Positions 1 to 14,251 of a DNA stretch of 64,000 nucleotides are shown piece after piece. Origin of the DNA: Antedon mediterranea (taxonomy: Eukaryota; Animalia; Echinodermata); contig NC_092675.1 in the NCBI RefSeq assembly GCF_964355755.1, forward strand, positions 10,659,812-10,723,811, in the 5' to 3' direction. Each line of letters opens with the position of its first letter. The stretch's first letter is position 1. The position numbers and the translations under genes were made by a program. Under the pieces are notes generated by a model. It searched no databases. It saw only the letters and a program-made list of their open reading frames with translations, and was not told the origin of the DNA.

Positions 1-3000
1 TTCGTAACGTTTTTTATGCAACTAACCATCTTATTAACAGTTTAACATAAATTGATCATGATGATTTTATGTAAATGGTTTCTCTTAATCGAAAAAAGCA
101 TCGGTTTCAGTTTCTTTCATAGTCGCTGAAGAATTTGAGTTGCTGCAGTTCCAGTTCGACAATATCCTAATTTTAATAATGAACAATAAATAAATTACAA
201 TTTGAACAGCGTAGGCTACCCCAAAGCGGAGAAAGGATAGTATGGTATGGTAGTAGCAACTTTTATCCTCATTACTGCAGAGTTACACATATCCGTGTGT
301 TCGGCTTAGCTATGATCATGGATTCGCCGCAATTGTTACACGAATTGCGGGTACATCATGCGTCAAATATTAGAGGGACCCTATTAGTTATAAGGTCCAT
401 GTTTATCCACAACATGTTCAAGTGTATTTAATGCTATAGAAATAATAATCTGCTGGTATACAAAAACCTCTTCTGTTTAAATATAAATTTCGTTATAGAA
501 AATTTAAAATAACAAATACTGAGAGCTCCTTCTAATCCACAATTCTCTCATTTGGGAATAAAAAATGATTCTCCCTTAAATTGAACTCGTGAATTCAAAT
601 TCAATTCAAGAAATAGTCAGATGACGTCAGATATACACGCTTTAAAGATTATCAGATAAGGATCATCATTAATCTCGTACAGTATGAATTATAATATTTT
701 TCTGCAACTTACTGTATTGATCTAAGCTATTCAAATACGGTACGGTGTAAACATACGTTGTTATTAAAGATTATTAATATCTTTTAGTCAAAATGCTCTC
801 CAGGTGGATAACATCTTGAAATGAGAGCGCGTCTTATGTTTTTATTAATTTTAGTAAACCTTATTTAGTGAGGGTGACCCTAAACAGCATATGCTGACAA
901 TCAAGGGGCCCTCATATAAACATTATAAAAAAAAACATGGACAAAGAAAAACGGGTGAACTATGTTTTGAAAAATATATAGCCTATACGTAATACAAAAA
1001 TAATTATAGCCTACAATATTATACAAAACGTTGTTGTTATGTATTCAGTACAGTTTATTTTTGTTTTGTATTTACGTAACTATTACTTTCGATGGAGAGA
1101 TTCCGAAATAAAATATTGAATGAATGAATTTTATCATTACATTATCATATTTTATATTCATTATCATACACTTGGCTAATAAAAATATCCAGCTACGATT
1201 GGCTGGCTTCTTCCGAATGGGAACGTCGTCATTGATTGGCTAAGTACGTACAACCTTGTCCTTTATATGAACTTTTCAAGCAGACATTACTATCGTACGA
1301 TTTTCAACCATCCATTCACAGACTTGCAATGAATTTTTCAAGGAAAGAAGCAGTTCGTACGGATTGTAACACGAAATTTATAATTTATTTATGTACAATT
1401 TTTATTCAAAATGGTTTCTTTTTTGTTCACAATGTTTACACAAATTAGCCTCTTTCGTAATTTGTTGATAATCAATATTTCACTATCAAACATCAACATA
1501 ATATGTACATTAACAAATAAAAAAGTATAATTTGGTCGAGGACAAGAGATTCAAACAAGTCTGTCACTGCTGCAGTACGCCCCTCCTCAAAAGACAATCC
1601 ATAAAAAAGAATTTCACGTACGTGTATTCAATACACTGAATCGATTTTGTAACTATTTTTAGTTCCAGATGGTGGCTGCTGAGTAAAAACCCGTGAGACG
1701 ATAACACTTGGACATATTATTTGTTTACTATAGTTTAGTAGCCCGGCTATACCTACCTGTATTTACTCTCGCAGACTTCAATCATTTAATTTGTCTAACA
1801 ATGAGAATAATTATGAAACAGACAGCAAATTGAGCTACCTGAAATTAACTGTTATTAAGAAAAACGCAGTGTAGGAAAAACCTAGCAATGGATTTTACAC
1901 AGGCTACAGAGCCTAGTTAAAATTAGGCCCATGGTTTTATTTGATTCGAAAAGAGGAAATGAGCCAACAGTTTGAATGAATATAAAACACTATTGTGATT
2001 CTCACGGAAAGGGTGATTTGGGGAAAATATGTGACGACGCACTGATGTTGGCAGTTTTCCAAACTATTGGCGGGCCGAAAACCTCCTCTTTGTGTCATTG
2101 ATACTTCTACATTGTTCAAGCGATATACGATATCCGTGCTCAATTTATTTCCTTTCTATCCCTAAATTCTACCGTGTCTATTTACGTAACGTACGTCAGT
2201 GGTTCAATGAATATTATGGAATATATAACGACAGCAGTGACGCGATTAGGTGGGTTTGACAAAATATGAAATCTGGATGACTTAACAATTGTCAATATGC
2301 TGTGTTAATATTATTAATAGCATTGATTAGGCCTATCATAATATCGTATGCTTATTATCTGACGAATTAAATACTTTTTAGGTAATAACAAAAAGGTTCT
2401 CGGGCAAATATTAAATTCTATAACAAAATATATTAATAATAGTTTATCCATATTGATGTCTAATGATTGGTTGATTTGAATCTGTAATATTAGATACAAA
2501 AATATAGTAAAGATAAACAGTATCACCCCTATTTTAAAACTCGTAATTGAAATCCTTGATTTTTTTCTTGCATTTGTTTTGTTAGCTTCAATGTTCTTTA
2601 ATCCGTCACTGTTCTAATTTTGTGGTTTACTGTAGTTGATAGGAAACTGTGGTTTTGTGGGTTAGTTTCTAGCTAGGCCTGTGCTCACAGCAATGAGAGC
2701 ACCTGTGTGGGGGTTTGCGAATTCCTCAATGATTGAATTTCTCAATAAATAAATAAATCAACTATAATACTACTACTTTAGGCTTAACTTATTTTTTGTA
2801 ATTGTATTTTTATTTTATATTGTTCCTCTTGAATTATCAATTTCAAGATATTTTGATTGGTTAATTTTATACTCAATTAAAGATTATTTAGGGCCTATAT
2901 CTACATTTTTAATACGCCATTTTAGTGACACAATAGTATTAGTATTCACTTTGACAAAAAAATACTCGAAATCAAAATTATTTACCTGAAAGAGACTTTA

Positions 3001-4089
3001 ATTTAAAGCAAATAAATTGTCAAATTGGCTGTTGTAAGCCAATGGGGTTTGAGTTGAATTTAACCGTTTATTTTGTCAAATTTTTATTTTTGTCGTAGGC
3101 CTACTGTATTTCTACAGAAGTGATTAACTACAGAATGGCCTATTCGGAGTCTGTATGATCATGTTTTTGCAGGGAAAATACATCTTTAACATATAAATCA
3201 ATTGAAAATATAGTAACTATACGGTAGTTTACTAGACATGTCTTTAATTTTGAATTCTGGTTGCCTTTATTTGTTGAATTCTGTCGATTTTTTCCTTTTT
3301 TAGGCCTAGACTTTGACGACGTAAATCTCATTAACATAATTAATATTATATTATTGTGAACGTGATGGATGTCTACGCGGCCAATTTTAGTCATACATAA
3401 ATAACAAAATATTTTTATTCACGTTAATTCATGCGTGTTTGGCTCATTCAAGGCTACACTTTGGTTGATATTCATAATTATTGACCAGTATCGCATTAAC
3501 ATCAGCGTCCATCTTTGTTTATCTTCATGCCAACAGTGTTTTGGTTGTTCCGTTTAATAATCTTAACCCCTCTGCTAATGGCACGCCTCCAGTTTTCATT
3601 CATGAATACGGTCACGTGGTCAACAACAGGATATGAATCTATCTATCGCGCGCCTATATCAATACTTATGTAGTCTGTATTATAACTTTTATCTACTCTA
3701 TCTTCTCAACAACACAACCACAAAGATACTACTAGCGCTGGGGTAACTTTTAATTACAATTTATCCAATGCTATGTTTCTATACGAAAAGTGTGTTTGTA
3801 TAGGCCTACTCATTTCTGCAACCGAAAGTAATTTTCCAACGTCAAAATGAGAATCAGATCACACAGAGCGTGCAGCAGCACAGAGAGGTCATAGCAACAT
3901 CGAGTCAGCATAGCAAGCATGACATGAATGCAAAATTCCGCCAATGTTACAGTAGCACATGGAAGTAATATTACTCATTTTATACCTCCATGGTATAGCA
4001 TATTACTACTCTTCTATCTAGCTAGCTAGGCCCATATTACCAGCTAGGCTTAGATGATATCCGTATGGCATGTGTCGTCATAAACAAAC

Positions 4090-5872
4090 GCAATGGAACA
4101 TTAATTACACTTATACAGGCAATTATTACATAAAATGGATTTTTCCAAGAAAGAAATTATTGATGCAATCGGACATCTAAAAGGTCGCAAAGCTACCCTA
4201 GATGTCGCTTCTGAAATGTTGCAAGTCGCCACAGAGAACCCAGTATTCGTCGACCATGTACATAGACTGTTTGAGGAAATTTGGAGAACGAAAGAAGTAC
4301 CAAGTGATTGGGGACTATCCAAATTAACAACCATTTGGAAAAAAAAAGGCAGTCCACTCCATCAATGTATAGAGGAATATCGATTGGGTCTACATTTTCA
4401 AAGATACTTATGGTTATCATTCTTTCACGTTTTTCCATCTTTTATGAAAGTCAACTTCTACGCACACAGTTTGGATTCAGGTCCAACAGGGGGTGCAATG
4501 ATCCAGGAAATTGCGTATCGCTCAAATCGCAAACTCTATACATGCTTCATTGATTTAACAGCAGCATTCGACCATGTGAATCGTAATCTTCTTTTCCTAA
4601 GCGTTCGTAATAGGTTTCACTTAAACCAGTCTACTACTATGATTGACATTATACAATCACTGTACAGCTCAATGAAAGCATACCTTGCTGACGACGATCC
4701 GAGTGATGATAAGTTCGAAACATCTTCTGGGGTGCGACAGGGTGGTATTGAGAGTACCAGCATGTTTAACCAATATTTTGATTACGTTATTAGAGTGTTC
4801 AAACAACGCTGTAAAGATGCTAGTTTGCATGGCCTAATGATACAATACCTAATTCCTATTGAAGCTACAAATCGTGCTCAAAGATGTAAAGCACCATCAA
4901 GGGGCATCTATGACGACTTTGAAAGTGGCTATGCTGACGACTTTGCTGTAAGCTCCTGGTCACAAGAAGAACTGCAAACCATTGTGAACATCTTGAATAA
5001 AGTTTGTCTGGAATTTGGTCTAAGAATTAGTGCCCCCAAAACAGAAACCATTATATGGAACTGGAAAGAGGAAGTTGAAGAATACCCAAGATGCATCATA
5101 AATTGGCGGCGTACACATTAACAACGTAACACACTTTAGATACCTTGGTGTATGGGCTACCTACAATGATGTTCATATTGGAGATCAAGAAGTAAAATAC
5201 AGAATCAATTCAGCCAAAGGAGCATTTGCAGAGAATAGGGCATTGCTTACCAACAGAACGATCCACCTACAAACAAGAATGATGTTTCTTAATGGTCTAG
5301 TTAGGAGTAGACTCACCTATGGTTGCCATGCTTGGAGGGCAACAGGAAGTGAAATGTCCAAACTTAGCACAACATACAAAACCTTCCTAAGAAGAATGCT
5401 AGTGAATGGCTTTCAAAGAGTCTGCCCACCATGTAGACATATCCTCAGATGAAGAAACAGAATGAAAACTATATAGACTGGCGTTACGTAATTGATAATG
5501 ACGATCTCTACAAAATTACTGGCTGTCAACCGCTAGAAGAATATGTCTACAAGCAACAATTCAACTGGATCGGACATGTAATTAGAAAAGAAAATGAAGA
5601 TCCTACAAAAATTCTTACAAAACGAGTTGTACAACAAAGTCAACTTACTAGATGCAACTTCATTAGAGCCTGCTTCAACAGAAATTTATAATTCCCAGCA
5701 ATGTTTAACTGTATATATGAACTGTTTTAAAAGTTGTTTTGTGACTGTGTAATTTGGTAGTAGTCACTCTCATACTGTAGGCCTACATTTAAAAGTAACA
5801 CATCCAAATGCCAACTTCAAGTCAATGGCTACCAGATATCTCTTTGAGACGGTTATTTGAACCAGTACCAGT
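4090..5872 (+). mobile_element. 5'-truncated, frameshifted RTE-clade LINE (reverse transcriptase)
   Basis: FIDLTAAFDHVNR, GVRQGG, YADD, KTE and WIGHVIR motifs across ORFs 4135-5691; short (ACCAGT)n 3' tail at about 5861-5872. Confidence 0.85.
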
Positions 5873-7854
5873 ACTACAATTTAACGTTTTTATAAAAAAT
5901 GCAATATAATCGGATGATATATAGGGCTATAATTACCTTATAAACGGCATGGACCGGGATGACGATACATGGGTTGGGGCGAGTAGGGTCTAGTCATTTC
6001 AGAAAAATACCACTTGCCCGGTCCATGCCGTCTAGCTGCCATTTTACGCCATTTTAAAACGTTACCACAATTTAAGTTTTTTTTTATAAAAAATGCAATA
6101 TAACCGTATGATTTATAGGGCTATAATTACGTTATAAACGGCATGGACCGGGATGACGATATATGGGTTGGGGCGAGTAGGGTCCAGTCATTTTGGAAAA
6201 ATACCACTTGCCCCGGTCCATGCCGTCTCGCTGCCATTTTACGCCATTTTAAAACGTTACTACAATTTAAATTTTTTTTATATAAAAAATGCAATATAAA
6301 CGCATGATTTATAGGGCTATAATTACGTTATAAACGGCATGGACCGGGATGACGATACATGGGTTGGGGCGAGTAGGGTCCAGTCATTACAGAAACATAC
6401 CACTTGCCCCGGTCCATGCCGTCTAGCTGCCATTTTACGCCATTTCAAAACGTTACTACAATTTAACGTGTTTTTAAATAAAAAATGCATTATAACCGCA
6501 TGATTTATAGGGTAATAATTACGTTATAAACGGCATGGACCGCGATGACGATACATGGGTTGGGGCGAGTAGGGTCTAGTCATTTCAGAAAAATACCACT
6601 TGCCCCGGTCCATGCCGTCTAGCTGCCATTTTACGCCATTTTAAAACGTTACTACAATTTAACGTTTTTTTATAAAAAAATGCAATATAAACGTATGATT
6701 TATAGGGCTATAATTACGTTATAAACGGCATGGACCGGGATGACGATATATGGGTTGGGGCGAGTAGGGTCCAGTCATTTTGGAAAAATACCACTTGCCC
6801 CGGTACGCCGTCTAGCTGCCATTTTACGCCATTTCAAAACGGTACTACAATTTAAATTTTTTTTATATAAAAAATGCAATATAAACGCATGATTTATAGG
6901 GCTATAATTACGTTATAAACGGCATGGACCGGGATGACGATACATGGGTTGGGGCGAATAGGGTCCATTCATTACAGAAACATACCACTTGCCCCGGTCC
7001 ATGCCATCTAGCTGCCATTTTACGCCATTTCAAAACGTTACTACAATTTAACGTGTTTTTAAATAAAAAATGCATTATAACCGCATGATTTATAGGGCAA
7101 TAATTACGTTATAAACGGCATGGACCGCGATGACGATACATGAGTTGGGGCGAGTAGGGTCTAGTCATTTCAGAAAATTACCACTTGCCCCGGTCCATGC
7201 CGTCTAGCTGCCATTTTACGCCATTTTAAAACGTTACTACTATTTAACTTTTTTTTAAATAAAAAATGCAATATAAATGCATAATTTATGGCTATAATTA
7301 CGTTATAAACGTCATGGACCGGGATGACGATACATTGGTTGGGGCAAGTAGGGTCCAGTCATTTCAGAAAAATACCACTTGCCCCGGTCCATGCCGTCTA
7401 TCTGTCATTTTACGCCATTTTAAAACGTTACTACAATTTAACTTTTTTTTAAATAAAAAATGAAATATAAACGTTGATTTATAGGGCTATAATTACGTTA
7501 TAAACGGCATGGACCGGCATGACGATACATGGGTTGGGGCGAACAGGGTCCAGTCATTACAGAAACATACCACTTGCCCCGGTCGATGCCGTTCAGCTGC
7601 CATTTTACGCCATTTTTAAAACGTTACTACAATTTAACGTTTTTTAAAATAAAAAATGCAATATAACCGGATTATTTATTAGGGCTATAATTACGTTATA
7701 AACGGCATGGACCGGGATGACGATACATGGGTTGGGGCGAGTAGGGTCTAGTCATTTCAGAAAAATACCACTTTCCCCGCTCCATGCCGTCTAGCTGCCA
7801 TTTTACGCCATTTTAAAACGTTACCACAATTTAAGTTTTTTTTTAATAAAAAAT
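5872..7854 (+). repeat. ~195-bp satellite, left arm (~10 units)
   Basis: ACGGCATGGACC recurs at 5944, 6138, 6334, 6530 and onward; each unit has a 15-bp internal inverted repeat. Confidence 0.97.
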
Positions 7855-10800
7855 CAAGTTTCAAGTTTCAAGTTTATTGTTTCACACAATACAATACAAT
7901 ATGAACAGAAATATAAATTAATTAATACAATTGTGTGAGGAGGACGCATTAAGCCAAGGCTTTAAGTTTGGTCCTCCAGATAAGTAATATATTTAATTAT
8001 TTAATTTAAGTGAGAGAACAAAAACAAACTTCTTTCTTTCGTCAAATTGACAAATAAAATTAAACAAAAAGGCACAAAAAAGAAAAGAAAAACAGTCTGA
8101 AGGCAATTGTGAATTACTAATGTTCTAAATAGTTTGAAATAAGTGTTTGTTTGTATTTTGTTTTAAATGTATTTATGATGGTTATTGCTTTTAGATTGAG
8201 CGGTAAGTTGTTCCATATATACGGTCCATTGTAAATAAAAGATGTTCTTCAAGTAATATGGTATGCTTTTCGTATATTAGATTTTTGCAGTTGAAGATCT
8301 GGTGTTGTAAGAATGATAAAAATTTTGAAAATAGGAGTAAAATTGAGTTGGTAATTTATTATGATTTAGGCGGAACATCAATAAAGCTGTTTGGAGTTTA
8401 TTTATATCAAATATATTTAAAGTATTTAGAGAATAAAAAGTGGTTTAGTATGAGATTTTGGAGGTGCTCCCGAACAGATTCTGATAGCCTTTTTTTGTAA
8501 TTTAAAGAGAGAATTAATTTTTGTGTTATCAGAACCTGTCCAGGGGCAGCATCCAGTAAATTTATCTACAGTTGTAGTCCAAGCAACATTGCAGTATGAT
8601 AAATAGGGTAAAATAAGAGTATTATACAGGGAAAATAAGATGTTTAAAGGAAGTATGTACTTCAATTTACTTAAAATTCCAACGTTCTCGAGATAATTTT
8701 AGTTAAATATGTTATGTGAGGTTTCCAATTTAGTTCCGAGTCAATAGTGACTCCAAGAAATTTTAAGTTTTCTGTTCTCTTTATTTGGTTACCATTGATA
8801 TATAATTGCTCTGTTAGCTGTTTGTTACTTTTTTATTAATATTAAAATAAATATAATTTGTTTTTGAAATATTCAGTGATAACTTATTTGCTTTAAACCA
8901 AAGAGACACTTTGTTAAGTTCATTATTAATTATAGATACAAGATTACTTTTGTTTTCGTGAGAAATAATAACATTTGTGTCATCTGCAAATAAGATAAAA
9001 TTAAATAATTTTGAAACATTTGGAAGATCATTAACGTAAATTAAAAAGAGTAGTGGGCCAAGGATTGACCCTTGTGGTACCCCACATGTAACATGCAAGA
9101 GTTGAGAATTGGTTGAGTTTATTGATGTATATTGTTGGCGAAATGATAAGTTAGTCTTTTAAAAGTAGTAGTGGAAGACCTCTGACACCATAATTCGATA
9201 ATTTAGAAATAATAATGTTATGATTTATGGTGTCAAATGCTTTTGACAAATCTAAAAAAAATACCGATATTTTTGCAAGTGATTTAGTTATTTTTTCATA
9301 TAAATGAAGAAGTGCGAGATCTGTGGAATGTGATTTTCGAAAGCCATATTGATTGTTGTATATAAAATTATGTTTTGTGAAAAAAGAAATTAGACGAGCA
9401 TATATTAGCTTTTCAAATATTTTTGAAAAACATGGAAGTAAAGCAATCGGTCTATAATTAGAAAATTTATGGGGGTCATCTTTTTTTAAAATAGCTACAA
9501 CTTTGGCAACTTTTAGCGCATTAGGAAATTTCCCACATTTAAATGAAAGGTTAAAGATGTGACATAAAGTTTTAGAAATAAACGGAGAAATTTGTTTAAT
9601 AACGTTAGAATGTATTTCATCTACACCAGGACTGGTGAAAGGAACACGGAGTGATTGTTGGGTTGGTTTAAAAATGTTGAAAAGTTTGAATGAGATGAGT
9701 TAATTGATTGTGAAAGTGTATGGCCAGTATCAACAAAATATTTATTAAATTTATTAGCAATTTGAATTTCGTCATCAATTTTTATGTTGTTTTCTAAAAA
9801 ATATGTTGGAAGTTTACTTTTTATATTTCTGCCAAGAGCTGAATTTATAGTTTGCCATGTTTTCTTAATATCATTTTTATGTGTGTCAAATTGCTTTTTG
9901 TAATGTATAATACGTGATATTCTTATTAGATTAGTTAATTTGTTTCTATAATCAGTATAATCAGTATATTTAGTTTTATCAGTGGCTTTACCAGATTGTA
10001 TATATCTTTTATATAGTTTATTTCGTTTGTTTATGGAGTTGATAATGCCATTTGTGGTTTGTTTTGCTTGCGAAAAATTTTTTTTTTTTACATATTTTAA
10101 TGTGTTTGTCATAAATGTTCATAAATTTAGTGTGAAAAGAATTATAAGCTTTATCCAGGTCATCTGTAATCGAAATTATTTCTGACCAGTCAGTATTTAG
10201 TAATTCAATGCCTAGTGATGAAGTGGTAGTGTCATTGATTACTCTTTTAAATTTATATTTTTGGTCATTCATTTTATTAGACGGTTTGGATGTATGAGAA
10301 ATAAAAAAAAATAGGTAAATGGTCAGTAATGTCACAATACAGTAATCCCGAAAAAATATTTTCATGAAAATTGTTAGAGTAGATATGGTCAATTAACGTA
10401 GCAGATGTACGGTTGAGACGGGTGGGTCTGTCTATTACGGGAAATAAATTAGCTGAATATATACAATTTTAAAAATGATGTTAGTGTATGGGAACTGAAT
10501 TTAAGCAAATCAATATTAAAATCTCCACAAGCATAACAACTTTTTTTTTCTGTGTTGATTACTTCAAATAATAGTGATATGTTTTCATTAAAAGTTTTTA
10601 TGGATTTTTCTGGTGGTCGGTATATTACTGAGAAAATATAATTTTTTGGTTTTAATTCTATTTCAATGCAGATATTGTTAGCTTCATTATTAATTAAAGA
10701 ACTCAAATCATCTCTCATTCTAAAATTAATATCATCCATAATATAAAGACAGACGCCACCATCTTTCTTATCTACTCTATCACAATGAATTAATGTATAA

Positions 10801-11950
10801 CCAGGAATGTTATATAAAGTATGTACAGAATTTGAACTAAACGAGGTCAGTGAAACATAATATATTAAATTTGTGATTAAGAGTTTCAAGATATTCAGTT
10901 ATTTCAGTAAAGTTTTTTACCAGGCTACGTGAATCAAAATGAATAAAACTAAAATTGTTATTAATATTTCAATGGAACTATTAAAGTTATCGCTGATATG
11001 ATATCTACATGTAGAAGGAATGGATGTATTTACGTCAAAAGGGTTAATACTTAATGAATTTAGATGGTCAAAATCAACAAATTGGTTTACGTGAAATTGT
11101 TTTATTTCATGTAAAAACTCATCATCATTGAGTATATGATTAAACGGAAGTAGAGAAATATTACATGACGTACAGTACCATTCTGGATCTATGGAAGAAC
11201 ATTGGGCATGTGCGTACCCATTACATAATGCACATCTGTTTAGATTAATATCGCCACTCATGAGGGCGTTTCTACATACAATACAAATCATATTAATAAG
11301 CAATTGTTTTTAGAAAATATAGTGTTTGTTTTGTCTCAAGGGACATAATATATTCATAAAAGTATATTGCCATGCACAACAAGTAATAAATACATATACA
11401 AATATAATAAAAATAAATGTCGAAAATAGGGGGAAAAAAAAGGTAATATGCCTTTAATATGTAAATTAAAATATTCCAAACTTCTAATGGAGTAAATTTT
11501 TTTTAAGTGTTGCATTTGTAATCTACAAGGAAAAGTTAACAAAAAAACAGTTATTTAATAAACAATGGTATCAGAGTCTACTCTCGTCTACGATTAACCG
11601 AATGTGATAAAAAGAAAATATCTTTTAAATTATTATGTGGAGAAAAAGCTACTAAATAAGTAATGTTAGTTATAAAATAATAATAATAACGTTAGGTTTG
11701 ACTGTGCTGCCTAAGAGTGCAAACTTCCGTTTATGTACAAGTTGCCATTTCTGAAGGACGGCCTTTTCCCCTCTCTATAAGCTATGGCCATTGTGTCTTT
11801 CAGGCTTCGTTTTTTAATTAGGTCCGCTTCACAGAGATCATCGATGACATATATGTTACTGCTTTTTAGTGATGACTTGGAGAGAACTTGATGTCGCTGG
11901 GGACGATAGATGAACTTGGCGATGATATGCCTGGGCTTGTCGTTAGGTCC
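7855..11950 (-). mobile_element. CR1/L2-group LINE, decayed and 5'-truncated: ORF1 C-terminus, PHD-like finger, AP endonuclease, RT
   Basis: ORF1 fragment PRHIIAKF..IYVIDDL..LYING (11712-11950); Cys/His finger at 10917-11303; YRPP and GDFNIDLL; [18 protein letters not shown] and FADDT; (TGAAACT)n tail at 7855-7875. Confidence 0.9.
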
Positions 11951-13887
11951 GCGTAAAATGGCAGCTAGACGGCATGGACCGGGGCAAGTGGTATTTTTCT
12001 GAAATGACTAGACCCTACTTACCCCAACCCATGTATCGTCATCCCGGTCCATGCCGTTTATAACGTAACTATAGCCCTATAAATCATACGTTTATATTGC
12101 ATTTTTTATTTTAAAAAAAGTTAAATTGTAGTAACATTTTAAAATGGCGTAAAATGGCAGCTAGACGGCATGGACCGGTGCAAGTGGTATTTTTCTGAAA
12201 TGATTTGACCCTACTCGCCCCAACCACTGTATCGTCATCCCGGTCCATGCCGTTTATAACGTAATTATAGCCCTAAAAATAATGCGGTTATATTACGTTT
12301 TTTATTTAAAAAAACTTAAATTGTAGTAACGTTTTAAAATGGCGTAAAATGGCAGCTAGACGGCATGGACCGGGGCAAGTGGTATGTTTCCGTAATTACT
12401 GGACACTACTAGCCATAACCCATGTATCGTCATCCCGGTCCATGCCGTTTATAACGTAACTATAGCCCTATAAATCATACGTTTATATTGCATTTTTTAT
12501 TTTAAAAAAAGTTAAATTGTAGTAACGTTTTAAAATGGCGTAAAATGGCAGCTAGACGGCATGGACCGGTGCAAGTGGTATTTTTCTGAAATGATTTGAC
12601 CCTACTCGCCCCAACCTATGTATCGTCATCCCGGTCCATGCCGTTTATAACGTATTTATAGCCCTATCATCCGTTTATATTGCATTTTTTATAAAAACGT
12701 TAAATTGTAGTAACGTTTTAAAATGGCGTAAAATGGCAGCTAGACGGCATAGACCGGGGCAAGTGGTATTTTTCTGAAACGACTGGATCCTACTAGCCCC
12801 AACCCATGTATCGTCATCCGGTCCATGCCGTTTATAACGTAATTATAGCCCTATAAATCATACGTTTATATTTAATTTTTTATTTTTAAAAACATTAAAT
12901 TGTAGTAACGTTTTAAAATGGCGTAAAATGACAGCTAGACGGCATGGACCGGGGCAAGTGATATTTTTCTGAAATGACTGAACCCCACTCGCCCCAACCC
13001 ATGTATCGTCATCCCGTTCCATGCCGTTTATAACGTAATTATAGCCCTATATATCATCCGGTTATATTGCATTTTTTATAAAAACGTTAAATTGTAGTAA
13101 GGTTTTAAAATGGCGTGAAATGGCAGCTAGACGGCATGGACCGGATCAAGTGGTATTTTTCTGAAACGACTGGACCCTACTAGCCCCAACCCATGTATCG
13201 TCATCCCGGTCCATGCTGTTTATAACGTAATTATAGCCCTATAAATCATTCGGTTATATTTCATTTTTTATAAAAAAAAAAAAAACTTAAATTGTAGTAA
13301 CGTTTTAAAATGGCGTAAAATTACAGCTAGACGCCATGGACCGGGGCAAGAGGTATTTTTCTGAAACGACTGGACCCTACTAGCCCCAACCCATGTATCA
13401 TCATCCTGGTCCATGCCGTTTATAACGTAATTATAGCCCTATAAATCATTCGGTTATATTGCATTTTTTATTTAAAACAAGCACGAATGTGCAATACTCG
13501 GGGTACAGCGAAAGAAGCTGTAATGACGTCATAAGACCGGATGTAACGTCACATACACATCACTAACCGCGCTACCGAATACGGCTATACGGTACCATCT
13601 TCGAGACGTGATATGGCTGCATCCGGTTTGAAATTAAAAAATCCGGCTCTATAGCTTTGAGGACATGTCCCTGTAGTATATTCATGCTAAATCCGAGCTC
13701 AATACTACAACGAATAAGGGGGGAGTAGTACTTTATAAATCGCACTTTTTGCTCAATAGTGTCTGGATGGTAGAAGAAGAGGAAAAGATGAGAGTCCTAG
13801 ACTCAGGTACCCCGAGTAATAAAACGAGATATACTCTATATCATATTACGTATACAGTATATTTCACCATAAAGTTAAAGAAAAATA

Positions 13888-13964
13888 GGTTTCGCCAGGG
13901 CTCGAACAACCGGGACCTTCTGCGTGTTGTTAAGCAGACTTGACAACCACTACACTACAAAACC
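13888..13964 (-). pseudogene. tRNA-Val(AAC) pseudogene
   Basis: GGTTTTGTAGTGTAGTGGTTGTCAAGTCTGCTTAACAACACGCAGAAGGTCCCGGTTGTTCGAGCCCTGGCGAAACC; acceptor stem pairs, but there are small insertions in the anticodon loop and T arm. Confidence 0.8.
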
Positions 13965-14179
13965 TCTTACACTAAAAATGTGGGTTACACAAAGTTTTTT
14001 AATCCATTTAAATTACAAATAAATATGGTAATAAGCACAAAGCAAAATAAACATGTATAAAAGTGATAATTACCGATTACACAAAATAGTTATTTAAAAA
14101 AATAATAAAAATAAGATATACTGTGTATAATTATCATATTGCGTATACAGTACTTTTCACCATAAAATAAAAAAAAAAA

Positions 14180-14251
14180 GGTTCCGCCCGGGCTCGAACC
14201 AGGTACCTTCTGCGTGTTAAGCAAACGTGATAACCACTACGCCAAGAAGCC
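14180..14251 (-). pseudogene. tRNA-Val(AAC)-like gene, probably a pseudogene
   Basis: 72 nt with A box, anticodon arm TTTGC-TTAACAC-GCAGA, B box GGTTCGAGCC and a downstream T-run; mismatches in the acceptor and D stems. Confidence 0.8.

Noticed and set aside
1150-4050. Possible exons or a promoter of another gene in the upstream region
   Set aside because: Only short ORFs with no recognisable motifs or consistent splice chain; it looks like old repeat fragments (LINE-like 3' ends near 850-915 and 2670-2760).
7266-7463. Short ORFs in the 195-bp satellite (also 16429-16620), and a possible ribozyme in the unit
   Set aside because: The ORFs are open in only a few units, and I found no CUGANGA..GAAA core with supporting stems on either strand.
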